From: Patescibacteria group bacterium
GTDB taxonomy: Bacteria > Patescibacteriota > Microgenomatia > UBA1400 > PJMF01
NCBI GenBank assembly: GCA_018830045.1
Contig: JAHJTF010000020.1
Span: 4,667 to 68,666, forward strand
Length of the DNA stretch: 64,000 nt
Direction of reading: 5' to 3'
Shown one piece after another: positions 48,213 through 58,602 of the stretch. The notes under the pieces were generated by a model, which made no database searches, had not been told where the DNA came from, and saw only the letters and a program-made list of their open reading frames with translations. Numbering within the stretch: position 1 is the first letter of the stretch; every line of letters starts with the position of its first letter. The translations under genes were made by a program, and so were the position numbers.

Positions 48213-49970
48213 ATGATGAAAGTTCTGGGTATTTCTTGTTTTTATCATGACTCAGCCGCTTGTTTAACGTTGGATGGAAACATTATTGCTGCCGCTGCTG
48301 AAGAAAGGTTCAGTAGAAAAAAGCATGATAATGGTTTTCCAAAGTTAGCGATAGAATACTGTTTACAAACAGCTGGATTGGCAATTAATGAACTAGACGC
48401 CATTGCTTTTTATGAAAAGCCCATCTGGAAATTTGAAAGAATTTTGCACCAACACCTGGAACACTTTCCTAAAAGCTATCGGGCTTTTTTTGATACCACT
48501 GGCTCTTGGATCAACCAAAAATTAAACATTAAAAAAATTCTTCAAGAAACACTAAATTACTCTGGAGAAATTATTTTTTTACCCCATCATCTATCTCATG
48601 CGGCTAGTGCCTATTATTTATCGCCTTTTGATAAATCAGTCTTAGTCACTATTGACGGAGTAGGTGAATGGGCCACCACTACTATTGGTACAGCTAGTAA
48701 AGAGCAGCTCAAAATTGATCAAGAGATTCGTTTTCCTCACTCGCTAGGATTACTTTACAGCACCCTAACAGCTTACCTTGGATTTAAAGTCAATAACGAC
48801 GAATACAAAGTCATGGGATTAGCAGCTTATGGAAACCCAGATGAATACCAACCTGCTTTTGACAAATTAATCACTGTACATAAAGACGGTAGCTATGCTC
48901 TCGATATGTCTTACTTTGATTATGCTTGGGCTCAACGCATGCCGGCAAAAAAAATGGTGGCTTTGTTTGGTCACCCCATCAGAAAACCTGAAAGCAGAAT
49001 CTATCAGTACCATCAAAACATCGCAGCCACACTTCAAAACAAATTAGAAAAAGTGATTTTTAATTTACTCCAGGCAGCTCATAACAAATACCGCACTGAT
49101 AATCTCTGTCTATCGGGAGGTGTAGCTCTTAACTCTGTTATGAATGGTCGAATCCTGTCTCAAACATCATTTAAAAAAATCTTTATTCCTCCAGACCCGG
49201 GAGATGCCGGCGGAGCTATGGGGTCTGCTTTATATGTGACTTTAAACCCAGAGGTAATTCGAGGCTATGCAAACCGACATACAAAACACCTAAAAATCAA
49301 ACATAAAAAAATAGCTAAAAACTTCACTCCTTATTTAGGACCGGGTTATGCGTGGCATCAAATTGAATCAACTTTACAAAAAAATAAAAACCGTCTCAAA
49401 TACAAATATTTCTCTGATCAAGACAAATTATTAGATTTAATCTCTGACTTAATTATTAAGAAACATGTTATTGGTTGGTTCCAGGGTAGAATGGAGTGGG
49501 GTCCTAGAGCACTGGGAAATCGTAGTATCTTGGCTACTGCTACTGATCCTAAGATGAAAGATATTTTAAATGCTAAGGTTAAACATCGAGAAATGTTCCG
49601 TCCATTTGCTCCAGTGATATTAGAAGAATACGTTCCAAATTTTTTCAAGGCAGACCAGCCTTTGCCATCAATAAGTAAATATATGTTGATGGTTTATCCA
49701 TTTACAGAAAAAGGTAAAAAGGATATCTCGTCTGTAGTACATGTTGATAATACGGGCAGGTTGCAAAGCGTGAGTAGAAAAGATAACCCTCTTTATTATT
49801 CTCTAATTGAACGTTATTACCAAAAAACCGGCGTTCCAGTAATCATCAACACTTCTTTTAATATCCGCGGCGAACCAATTGTTTGCAGCCCTCAAGATGC
49901 GATCAATTGCTTTTTAGGAACTGACATTGATTATCTAGTAATCGACCAGTTTTTTGTCAGTAAAAAGTAA
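48213..49970 (+). CDS. Carbamoyltransferase (NodU/CmcH family)
   Basis: Start at MMKVLGISCFYHDSAACL…AAEERFSRKKHD…, the N-terminal signature of the NodU/CmcH family. The ORF extends to 48111. Confidence 0.65.
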   Translation: MMKVLGISCFYHDSAACLTLDGNIIAAAAEERFSRKKHDNGFPKLAIEYCLQTAGLAINELDAIAFYEKPIWKFERILHQHLEHFPKSYRAFFDTTGSWINQKLNIKKILQETLNYSGEIIFLPHHLSHAASAYYLSPFDKSVLVTIDGVGEWATTTIGTASKEQLKIDQEIRFPHSLGLLYSTLTAYLGFKVNNDEYKVMGLAAYGNPDEYQPAFDKLITVHKDGSYALDMSYFDYAWAQRMPAKKMVALFGHPIRKPESRIYQYHQNIAATLQNKLEKVIFNLLQAAHNKYRTDNLCLSGGVALNSVMNGRILSQTSFKKIFIPPDPGDAGGAMGSALYVTLNPEVIRGYANRHTKHLKIKHKKIAKNFTPYLGPGYAWHQIESTLQKNKNRLKYKYFSDQDKLLDLISDLIIKKHVIGWFQGRMEWGPRALGNRSILATATDPKMKDILNAKVKHREMFRPFAPVILEEYVPNFFKADQPLPSISKYMLMVYPFTEKGKKDISSVVHVDNTGRLQSVSRKDNPLYYSLIERYYQKTGVPVIINTSFNIRGEPIVCSPQDAINCFLGTDIDYLVIDQFFVSKK

Positions 49971-50131
49971 ATTAGAAAGTAAATATGCTAAAAGAACTTT
50001 TGGAGTACTTATGGAAAAATAAGGCTTGGTGGATCGCTCCACCAATTATCATTTTCACTATTTTTGGGGCTTTAATCATTTTTTCTAGTACCTCGCCAGT
50101 AAGTTCGTTTGTGTATATGATGTTTTAGTTA

Positions 50132-51115
50132 ATGAAACTAATTAAAAAAATTTTATTACCCGCTCTTATTTGTTTTTGTTCAATTATTTTAACGTACCGG
50201 GCGGCGTTTGCGATTGCAGAAAATTTCTTCTTTGACAAATTATTTTACAAAAAATCTGCAGTGTATGGTTATCAATCACATGATTCAAATCTGTTAAAGT
50301 ATCCAAATAACCAATTAATAGAAAAACGTATTACAGATTTACGACTTTTAACTAAAGCAGACTTAAATAAAGATCCACATGTGCTGGGAGTATCATCGGA
50401 AGATGATTATCGGATAGCAATTATCGGAGACTCATTTGTTTACGGCACTGGAGTGAAACAGGCTGAAAGGTTTCCTGAATTACTAGAAAAAAAACTCAAT
50501 AGCTATCGGAAAACTCAAGTTTTTGTTCTAGCTCAACCTGGCGATGGAATGCTGGAAAATTACGCGAAGTTTCTACTCGCCAAAGAAAATATTGATCCAG
50601 ATTTATTTATTATTGGTCTACTTCACAATGATTTATTAATTGATAATTCCAACAAATACCCTCGGCAACAAACCATCTATGAAAATTTAAAACAAGTTTG
50701 TCTTCAGCCAGAATTTAAATACTCATGGCCTAATTATCAGGCTTCTATCCAAGAGCTAATCGTCGACGGGTTTTATCCTTCATCTAAATCTGAGTACGCC
50801 AATATTTGCTATTTTGATAAAATTATAGTCGACATGACAAAGAATCCCGTACTTTTCTTTAGCTTCCACTCTAATCCCAGTAGCTATTTACCTGCTACTA
50901 ACGATGAGACTGAACAAAAATCAGACGCCATTGTGAAGCAATACAGCCAAATCATAAAAAATCACCAAGGAAAAATTGCTTACTTTGATGACCGCCTTCA
51001 ATATCAGCCAGTTTCTCACCTAGAAAATCATCCTTCAGTTAAAACCCACCAAGGTTACAGTGATTTACTAATGAAAGAAATTATTGAAAATCCACAATAT
51101 CATTTTTTACCATGA
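50132..51115 (+). CDS. Membrane-anchored SGNH/GDSL hydrolase-family protein, paralog 1
   Basis: N-terminal TM, shared FFDKLFYKKS box and a GDS block (IAIIGDSFVYGTGVKQA). Confidence 0.5.
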   Translation: MKLIKKILLPALICFCSIILTYRAAFAIAENFFFDKLFYKKSAVYGYQSHDSNLLKYPNNQLIEKRITDLRLLTKADLNKDPHVLGVSSEDDYRIAIIGDSFVYGTGVKQAERFPELLEKKLNSYRKTQVFVLAQPGDGMLENYAKFLLAKENIDPDLFIIGLLHNDLLIDNSNKYPRQQTIYENLKQVCLQPEFKYSWPNYQASIQELIVDGFYPSSKSEYANICYFDKIIVDMTKNPVLFFSFHSNPSSYLPATNDETEQKSDAIVKQYSQIIKNHQGKIAYFDDRLQYQPVSHLENHPSVKTHQGYSDLLMKEIIENPQYHFLP

Positions 51116-52107
51116 AAAAATTTCTGAAGTTTTTTTTGATTCTCACTACATTTTTGTTAAGCACCACAGCAACATACAAAATTGCTCACTTATTAAGCGA
51201 AAGGTGCTTTTTTGACAAACTGTATTACAAAAAATCACCAGAATATGGCTATTTTCTTCATAACACTAATCCTCTACTTAGTAAAAACAGTAAAATAATT
51301 GAGTCTAGAATTGCTGATCTTAAATTACTGACAGCAATAAACGAAAATAGTCACAATAATAGGATAAAAGGCATAACTAATAACGAGTCTTTTCAAATAG
51401 CAATCATCGGTGACTCATTTGTTTACGGCACTGGAGTGAAACAGGCTGATCGCTATGCTAATCGGCTAGAAAAATTACTTAATCAAATTAAACCAACAAA
51501 AATATATGTTCTTGCTCTTCCAGGAGATAACATTTTGGAACATTATACAAAATTTAAACTTGCCCAAGAAAATATCAAGCCTGATTTATATATTATCGGA
51601 ATTGCTAATAATGATTTATTAATTAATGATTTTATTTATCCTAATCAAGAATTTCTTTACCAAAAATCAAGAGAGGAATGCTTTCTGCCTGAATTTAAAT
51701 ATAATTGGCCAGATTATGCTATTACTATAGATCAGTTAATTTTAACTGCCTATTATCCAAGTTTTGATGATCAATATGCCAATATTTGCTATCTAAAAAA
51801 AATAATAAAAGAAATAGCAACAACAAACACCCTCTTTTTTAATTTTTATAAAATAGAAAATACTAATTCAACTCAAGACCTCAGTGAGGCTGAACAGAAA
51901 GATATTCAAATCATGAAAAAATACACCGAGATAATCCAACTGGCAGGAGGTCAAATTTTTCACCTCCATAACTCTCGGGTTTCAGGTGAGTATCAACCAG
52001 TCTCATTTTTGGAAGGACACCCATCAAAAGAAACGCATGAGTGGTTTGCAAAAGCCTTGTTTAATAGAATAATTATAAATAATAATTTAGGCTTTACCCA
52101 TGACTAA
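51112..52107 (+). CDS. Membrane-anchored SGNH/GDSL hydrolase-family protein, paralog 2
   Basis: Same architecture (FFDKLYYKKS; IAIIGDSFVYGTGVKQA). Its start overlaps the stop of paralog 1. Confidence 0.5.
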   Translation: MKKFLKFFLILTTFLLSTTATYKIAHLLSERCFFDKLYYKKSPEYGYFLHNTNPLLSKNSKIIESRIADLKLLTAINENSHNNRIKGITNNESFQIAIIGDSFVYGTGVKQADRYANRLEKLLNQIKPTKIYVLALPGDNILEHYTKFKLAQENIKPDLYIIGIANNDLLINDFIYPNQEFLYQKSREECFLPEFKYNWPDYAITIDQLILTAYYPSFDDQYANICYLKKIIKEIATTNTLFFNFYKIENTNSTQDLSEAEQKDIQIMKKYTEIIQLAGGQIFHLHNSRVSGEYQPVSFLEGHPSKETHEWFAKALFNRIIINNNLGFTHD

Positions 52108-53107
52108 ACTTTGGAAAATTGTCCTATTAATAAGTTTGGGGCTATTATCTGGATTACTGACCATAAAAATCAGTTATTTTTTAGCAGAAACTTATTTCTT
52201 TGACAAATTTTATTATTATAAAAGTATCGAGCATGGTTACTGGATTCCAGGACAAAAACTAACTTTAGAAAATTTTGGTGAAAGAGCTCTTGATCTGATT
52301 CAATTAGACAAAAACTTTCAAGCTACTAAAAACGGAGAGCGAATTTTAGAAATTAATGAGGATGAAGCATACACCATAGCTCTTATTGGAGATTCCTACG
52401 CTTGGGGGCAAGGAGTTAGATTTGAAGATACTATTTCTCAATTATTGGAAAAAAAGCTAAATCAATATAAAAAAACCACTGTGCTGTCATTGGGGTATTC
52501 TGGAGACTCAATTCTTGATTATTTTATAAGATATGATCAGCTGAGACAAACCTATCCGATAGATCTTTATATTTTTATGTTAGTTGAAAATGATTTATTA
52601 TTAGTTAAAGATTATGAAAAAAGGTATGAGCAGACATCGATATTCCATGATTGTCAAAGCCTCTTCCCTGAACAAAAACCTATCTACGACTTATCTAATA
52701 ATGATTATGAGCTAAGAATATTTAACGGTTCTGACATATTAGAAAAAGAATGGGCGGAAAGATTTGAGCAATCATGGTATTCAGAATTAAATTTATGCAT
52801 TTTAGACCAAAGTTTACAAGCCTTACCAACAGACAATGCCATTTTTTTTATCAGCTTATACCGTGATGAGGAAAATTCACAACCACAATGGAAAACTTAT
52901 AGAGAATACTTAAATAAAAACCAAAAAACAGTATTGCGCTCCGCCGATGCCAAAACGCTAGATGACTATAAACGTTTCTGGAAAAAACCCTCGAAATATT
53001 TTTCAGTTTCTCCAAAAGACTCCGGGCACCCTTCAAAAACTGCCCACCGCATGTTTGCTGATTTATTAGGTAGAGAAATTTTAACTAATCTTAAGTGGGG
53101 ATTTTGA
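52100..53107 (+). CDS. Membrane-anchored SGNH/GDSL hydrolase-family protein, paralog 3 (more divergent)
   Basis: FFDKFYYYKS; IALIGDSYAWGQGVRFE. Confidence 0.45.
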   Translation: MTKLWKIVLLISLGLLSGLLTIKISYFLAETYFFDKFYYYKSIEHGYWIPGQKLTLENFGERALDLIQLDKNFQATKNGERILEINEDEAYTIALIGDSYAWGQGVRFEDTISQLLEKKLNQYKKTTVLSLGYSGDSILDYFIRYDQLRQTYPIDLYIFMLVENDLLLVKDYEKRYEQTSIFHDCQSLFPEQKPIYDLSNNDYELRIFNGSDILEKEWAERFEQSWYSELNLCILDQSLQALPTDNAIFFISLYRDEENSQPQWKTYREYLNKNQKTVLRSADAKTLDDYKRFWKKPSKYFSVSPKDSGHPSKTAHRMFADLLGREILTNLKWGF

Positions 53108-54539
53108 CTTTTAATACTAAAAAGGAAGAATTATTGAGTAGCGTTTCTGCATTATCAAAGTAAAAATTTTTATATTCAGCTGAATCTTCTTTTTCTATAA
53201 TCATTAATCCGTTAGCTGGTAAAGTCTCAGCAGAGAGAAAGTCAACTGATTGTTCCTCAATATAGGTCAAGATACCAGTATAAAACCTTAGGGTAAAAAA
53301 CTGGTGTAGTGGTTCTGTTTTTCTAGCATAGTAATTGATTTCCAGTTCATCACCACATTTTTGATCAGTGCACAAATCAACCAGCTCATTAAAATTTCTA
53401 ATCCTCTCAGTTGGGAAAAAACTACCATATCTAAGTCTATTTGCTGTTTCAAGCAGATAATAAGTGTGTGTAATAGTTATCATAACTACGCCAATCACAA
53501 AAAGAATTAAAAACCAGTTATCTTTTTTTAAAAAGCGATTATGGATTAAAACTATTATTTTCTTTAAACCGACTATTAAATAGGCAACAACAAAAGGTAG
53601 AATAATTAATAAGTAGCGACGAGCAAACCATTCTAAAATAGCAGCAAAAGATTGATAAACCAAAGCAAAAAATATGATGATTGAAATAATAAATCCAACT
53701 GAAGACTTATCTTTCTTATTAGTTAAAGTAACTAAAAAACCAACTAAAGAAAATAATAAAACAGGAATCGAAAATAATTCTACTAATGCTCGCCACCAAT
53801 TAAGAATTGAATAATTAAAATTTAAGTAGGCATGAGAGAAATTTTCTAAGGAGCTATTTCTCATATTGGTTAAAAACAACAGAAAGTCATTTGATGAATA
53901 GTAATTTATTGCCAACCACAAAAAAGGCACGATAATTAAAACTAAAATCAATACTCGCTTTATTCTAGAAGATTGAGCTGACTTATATACATACCACATG
54001 ATTAGGGGAGTTAAATACCAAGCCTCATACCTAATTCCTTGAGCTACCATAAAACTACCCACACCCCAAATGTAACGAGGTGAATCTTTTAAAATTAAAA
54101 TCAATGCTAATAAGAGAAAAAATACAAATACCTGCTCTGTAAAAGGAAAAGTACTAATTAAAAACCGATAAGGGAAAAACAGATAAATTAAGCCTGCTAA
54201 AACAGCTTCCCGAGAGTTTAAATCAAGTAATTCGCGGCAGTAGAAATAAACCAATACTACTGTGCCAGAACTAAAAAGAAGATTAACCACTCTGGGAGTT
54301 AGAGTAAAATCATCTAGAACGTGCAAAGCACCCCCCAGTAACAACGGATAAAGCGGCAGCCACAGGCCAGTGTATAGCGTATTGAGCGAGCCACTGTCTT
54401 TAAATGCTTTGGCAGTCAAAGAATGTATATAAGGATCTGTTTCGGTATACATTGGAGTCTTAAGCTGGGGTATAGCGACAATGGCTGAAAAAAGAAAAAG
54501 TAATAACGGGGTAACTAAATGGATTCGTTTTAAAATCAT
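53091..54539 (-). CDS. Polytopic membrane glycosyltransferase, GT39/GT83 (ArnT/PMT)-like
   Basis: 482 aa with more than 10 TM segments and an N-terminal loop containing an acidic motif (TETDPY). Called by family resemblance. Confidence 0.35.
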   Translation of the reverse strand: MILKRIHLVTPLLLFLFSAIVAIPQLKTPMYTETDPYIHSLTAKAFKDSGSLNTLYTGLWLPLYPLLLGGALHVLDDFTLTPRVVNLLFSSGTVVLVYFYCRELLDLNSREAVLAGLIYLFFPYRFLISTFPFTEQVFVFFLLLALILILKDSPRYIWGVGSFMVAQGIRYEAWYLTPLIMWYVYKSAQSSRIKRVLILVLIIVPFLWLAINYYSSNDFLLFLTNMRNSSLENFSHAYLNFNYSILNWWRALVELFSIPVLLFSLVGFLVTLTNKKDKSSVGFIISIIIFFALVYQSFAAILEWFARRYLLIILPFVVAYLIVGLKKIIVLIHNRFLKKDNWFLILFVIGVVMITITHTYYLLETANRLRYGSFFPTERIRNFNELVDLCTDQKCGDELEINYYARKTEPLHQFFTLRFYTGILTYIEEQSVDFLSAETLPANGLMIIEKEDSAEYKNFYFDNAETLLNNSSFLVLKVKIPT

Positions 54540-54544
54540 AATAA

Positions 54545-55024
54545 TTATTTTAGGTCATCTAAAAAACTTTTTAATTTCTTGACAATGCTTTGAGACTGCC
54601 CCCAAGTTATTTTCCCTGATTGATAAGACTGAACCTGATAAAATAGTTCTTTTTTATCTAAACACAGATATATTTTATTTTTTTTGGCTAATTCTTGAGC
54701 AAAATATAGTTGATGATCGCTAACATGTTCACCATATTTTTTAAGCCTAGGAATAACAATTGGTTTTTTTCCTGCCAAGAAGATGCTTTGATAAATCGTA
54801 GCTGGCCCGGCATGAGAAATCACTATTCTTGCTTTTCTTAATAAAGAAACGAACTCATTAAAATTATAGTTGGATTTTTGTACAGCGCCTGCGACTAAAA
54901 TAGTAGCAGTGCCAGATTGAATAATTACTTTTTCTTTAATTTTTTTTTGTTTAATAAGAGCATTTATTAAAAGTAACAATCTATCAAACGGCAAATGATG
55001 AGTCCCAACTGTCACAAAAATCAT
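54545..55024 (-). CDS. Alg13-like glycosyltransferase subunit (GT28 C-terminal domain, PssE-like)
   Basis: MIFVTVGTHHLPFDRL… N-terminus typical of Alg13/PssE. It is paired with the Alg14-like gene upstream. Confidence 0.6.
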   Translation of the reverse strand: MIFVTVGTHHLPFDRLLLLINALIKQKKIKEKVIIQSGTATILVAGAVQKSNYNFNEFVSLLRKARIVISHAGPATIYQSIFLAGKKPIVIPRLKKYGEHVSDHQLYFAQELAKKNKIYLCLDKKELFYQVQSYQSGKITWGQSQSIVKKLKSFLDDLK

Positions 55025-55470
55025 AGCGTACTCCCCCAGTATTTCGCTTTAGGGAAAAATCTTTGTTGTTGAACATTTTGAATCAAGAACAAATCGGCCA
55101 GAAGATAAACTAATCGACCGCTAAGCGATGGTTTATCAATAAAGTCTAAAGGCTCAATAAAAACCAAAGTCATACCGAAAAGTTTCCCAACTATAAAAAA
55201 AGGAGGAGCAATTCCTGCTCCCGCACTGATTAACACTTGCGGTTTTTCTTTCAGCAGGATCTTAAACGCCAACCATAAGTTATAAAAAAAATTAAGAATA
55301 TTCCGACTTTCAGGATAGTAGGCTAAGTATAGATTTTCACCTTCAAGAAGACTAATTGTGTCAGATTTATCAAAGCTAACCCAAAAATGGACTCTGTTTT
55401 CCCAACAAGACTTCAGTTGTAAAAGTTGAAATAAGTGACCCCCCGCTGACGTTACTAGCCCAATCTTCAT
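55021..55470 (-). CDS. Alg14-like glycosyltransferase membrane subunit (PssD-like)
   Basis: MKIGLVTSAGGHLFQLLQL… and the pairing with the Alg13-like gene downstream. Confidence 0.6.
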   Translation of the reverse strand: MKIGLVTSAGGHLFQLLQLKSCWENRVHFWVSFDKSDTISLLEGENLYLAYYPESRNILNFFYNLWLAFKILLKEKPQVLISAGAGIAPPFFIVGKLFGMTLVFIEPLDFIDKPSLSGRLVYLLADLFLIQNVQQQRFFPKAKYWGSTL

Positions 55471-56636
55471 GATTTAGATTGTAGTTTAAAAATTTCCCTA
55501 AGCCCATACCAAGGTTTGCCTGTCAGACGAAACCAAAGATATTTTTTAAACTCCCTAGGAATAGATCTCTCTACATCGCAACCGCTGTTGCAACCCAAAC
55601 ATGAACTTCCAAGCATCTTTTGCTTAAATTTTATGTTTTTATGATCAAATAAAATTTCACTCACGGTTTGATCAGAGCGACAATTTCCTATTTTACGTTC
55701 TGAAAAACAATAATAAACATCACCAAAACTATCCAAAGCAAACTGATCATATTGGAAAGGACAAGCGGTTGTTCTGGGTCGACCATCGCGATACATATGG
55801 AGTAAATCCTTCCAATAATAAGCTCGGAAATCTTTCCATGATTTAGGCTGACTCATCTCTTCCATAAATGATTCCAACTGTTTTTGTTCTTTTTTTCTAA
55901 AACTAACTTCCTTCTTTGTATCCAGATTATTAATATAAGTATCATGGAAGCCCACAATTTGAAATGTGCCATTTATTTGATTATCTTCATACCACTTTTT
56001 CATTTTGTTAATCTCAGGTAAATTCTGCCTCAGCACCAACGAGCCACTTCCTACCCAAAACCCATATTGTTTTGATAGTTTTTTTAATTGAAACAGAGTG
56101 GCGGTGGTTTTTTCAAAGGCATTGGGAATACGTCTAATTTTTTCATGCATCTTACCCACACCATCCAGAGAGATACTCACGCTTAGCTCAACATCATGCT
56201 TATTACAGATTTTGGCAATTTCTATCACTCGTTTGACAATTAATTCAGTCATAAAACCATGAGAAACCATTGTTAGTTTGCGCAACTTTGGCATAGAGCG
56301 AATTATCAACTCAGCCATTTGAGGTAATTGTGGATGGAGAGATACTTCTCCGCCCGTCAAGCCACAGCGTTCAATGTTGACAAACACTGGATCTTTAAAA
56401 ATCTTTTTCCAGTCCTCATATTTGAGTTCATCCTTGGGCTTCATTTTCCAAATATTACACATCACGCATCGGGAATTACAGTGATAAGTCAGTCCTATTA
56501 AAACCGCTTTTGGTGACAGTGGCCTAAAATTATGAATTACATTATAGCGATACATTCCTTGAATAATTCTACCGATTTTATAAAGCTTGCGACGAACTTT
56601 TAGCTGCATAGATGAAAACTTCTGATTTGAAATCAT
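55467..56636 (-). CDS. Radical SAM enzyme with C-terminal SPASM-like Cys cluster
   Basis: CNSRCVMC (CxxxCxxC) near the N-terminus, plus C-terminal cysteines (…ACPF…YYCFS…GNCRS…CLGCNSGC). Confidence 0.65.
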   Translation of the reverse strand: MISNQKFSSMQLKVRRKLYKIGRIIQGMYRYNVIHNFRPLSPKAVLIGLTYHCNSRCVMCNIWKMKPKDELKYEDWKKIFKDPVFVNIERCGLTGGEVSLHPQLPQMAELIIRSMPKLRKLTMVSHGFMTELIVKRVIEIAKICNKHDVELSVSISLDGVGKMHEKIRRIPNAFEKTTATLFQLKKLSKQYGFWVGSGSLVLRQNLPEINKMKKWYEDNQINGTFQIVGFHDTYINNLDTKKEVSFRKKEQKQLESFMEEMSQPKSWKDFRAYYWKDLLHMYRDGRPRTTACPFQYDQFALDSFGDVYYCFSERKIGNCRSDQTVSEILFDHKNIKFKQKMLGSSCLGCNSGCDVERSIPREFKKYLWFRLTGKPWYGLREIFKLQSKS

Positions 56637-56642
56637 ATTATC

Positions 56643-57743
56643 CTAATCTAGCAATACGCGTAACGTTTTATCAATTAAAGATTGGTTATGATACTTTAAG
56701 ACAGTTCGTCTTGCTTGCTGACCAACAGCTTGTCTTTTTTTATGATCTTGTAATAACAAGATAATTCTTTTTCCCATCGCCATGGCAGTCTGCTCGATAT
56801 AACTGTTTTTTCCATGTTCCAAGTACTCTTCCGCTCCCGGATAAGAGAGGGTTATCGGGACGACTTGTTGCGTCATGGCCTCCAGCAGTACTAAGGGATG
56901 CCCCTCAAAATCAGAGGTAAGGGTAAAAAGTTTTGCCCTGGATAACTCAGTAATTATTTTTTTAGTGGGAGGCTTGATGATTATATTATCTTTTAGACTG
57001 TGCTTCTTAATATAGTGACGAAGTTTCTTTTCTTCAGGACCTTCTCCAATTAAACAGAGCTTTATTTTAGGCAAAGTTAATTTGATTTGTTTGACTATTT
57101 CGAGAAGTTTAATCAACCTTTTTTGAGGGGCAAAACGGCCACAATAAATAAGATCATACTTTTTAGACTGTCGATATAACCGAGTGTCTTTTATCCAATT
57201 TTGGATAACCACTACCTTATTAGGATCTGTCTTGTAGTTTTTAACTAAGTCTTGTTTAGCATATTCAGTCTGAACGATGATTGTATCAACTAGCCGATAG
57301 CACCAACTAATAATTATGTTGGAGTGAGTTCTGATAGAATAAGGCAATTGATTTTCAAATGAGAGCACGTTGTCTTGGCTAACAACAACTTTAATTTTTT
57401 TCCAAAAAAATAAGTACTTCATCAGCACACAGTAGGCGGTCGCATGATGCAAAAATGGCACTAAAATTTTGGGGTTATATTCCAGGATCAAATAAATTAA
57501 AAAAATAATATAGCGAATTTTACGTTCTTTACTTGGAAAAACATTTTCAATATGCAACTGCCTAAAACCAGCTGGAAGATCTGATTCAAAACTAAAAGCC
57601 TCTGTCCGACGAACTACAATATGAGGAATAATATCATAGTAATTTTGATCGGCTTCTAAATGGTAAACTAAATCAATTATTTTGCGCTGAATACCACCCA
57701 ACCCTAAATGAAAAAAAAGGAAAAAAACATGTCTATCCTGCAT
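56643..57743 (-). CDS. Glycosyltransferase family 4 (GT-B) protein
   Basis: CGRFAPQKRL…LIGEGPE…FEGHPLVLLEAM (the E-x7-E region). Confidence 0.7.
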   Translation of the reverse strand: MQDRHVFFLFFHLGLGGIQRKIIDLVYHLEADQNYYDIIPHIVVRRTEAFSFESDLPAGFRQLHIENVFPSKERKIRYIIFLIYLILEYNPKILVPFLHHATAYCVLMKYLFFWKKIKVVVSQDNVLSFENQLPYSIRTHSNIIISWCYRLVDTIIVQTEYAKQDLVKNYKTDPNKVVVIQNWIKDTRLYRQSKKYDLIYCGRFAPQKRLIKLLEIVKQIKLTLPKIKLCLIGEGPEEKKLRHYIKKHSLKDNIIIKPPTKKIITELSRAKLFTLTSDFEGHPLVLLEAMTQQVVPITLSYPGAEEYLEHGKNSYIEQTAMAMGKRIILLLQDHKKRQAVGQQARRTVLKYHNQSLIDKTLRVLLD

Positions 57744-57756
57744 ACTTAAATTTTTT

Positions 57757-58602
57757 TTACTCTGTGTAATTGATCGTCGATGACATCACCGAACCATCCC
57801 TGACATAGGTTTGACCAGAATCAGCCCAAAACGCTTCGCCAATCATAAAAGTCTGATAATGATTATAGTAACAAAGCTTGTCAACACAGAGTACATCGGG
57901 TAGTTCAAAAGTCGCTGTAATGTCTTTTTTAATTGGATCCCAGCGCAACAGCACATCTCCCCGATCATTGACCACTACTTTTTCAGCAGGAGTAATTTTA
58001 ACTTCTTTTGTTTTGAGGATAATTTCTCCCTTGCTGTTAGTGACTACAAAATTTTTGATTGCTTCCGCATGCCAAGGATCATAATCGCGATAGTGGACTT
58101 TGATCTCTGCATTAGCTCGCCGATAATCGGCGAAACGCTGTTCAGGATTTTTGTAAACATTAACCACTATACCAGTGAATGAGGTGTCATTAAATTTAAG
58201 GTTAAGTTCTTCACCTACTAAAAGAGGATTGCCGTCATACACGTAAGTTCTAGTAGTGGTATTATAAACTGCATCTAGTTTGACTACCATCTCGACGTAT
58301 AACCGTCTCCCTCCGTCCCAAACATTTTTTTCAATCTCTTGAATTTCAACTACTTTCTTGCCTACTGAATTGTAGCCCACATCGCCTACCCGAAGTTTAT
58401 TTACCTCCCAATATTCTGGAGGAAAAGAGTTTACGTTCCAATCCTGCCGTTGAAAAGTTAAGTCTATATAGATAAAGACTCTCTGCCTACGAAAGTAAAA
58501 AAGCAAAAATCCTACAATTAAAATACCGAATAAAATTAGAACCAAATCAATCAGAGTAATTTTTTTTAGGAGAGATTTTTTTAAATTTTTAAGATTGAGC
58601 AT
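57757..58602 (-). CDS. Hypothetical membrane-anchored protein
   Basis: 281 aa with an N-terminal TM. No recognisable motifs. Confidence 0.3.
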   Translation of the reverse strand: MLNLKNLKKSLLKKITLIDLVLILFGILIVGFLLFYFRRQRVFIYIDLTFQRQDWNVNSFPPEYWEVNKLRVGDVGYNSVGKKVVEIQEIEKNVWDGGRRLYVEMVVKLDAVYNTTTRTYVYDGNPLLVGEELNLKFNDTSFTGIVVNVYKNPEQRFADYRRANAEIKVHYRDYDPWHAEAIKNFVVTNSKGEIILKTKEVKITPAEKVVVNDRGDVLLRWDPIKKDITATFELPDVLCVDKLCYYNHYQTFMIGEAFWADSGQTYVRDGSVMSSTINYTE

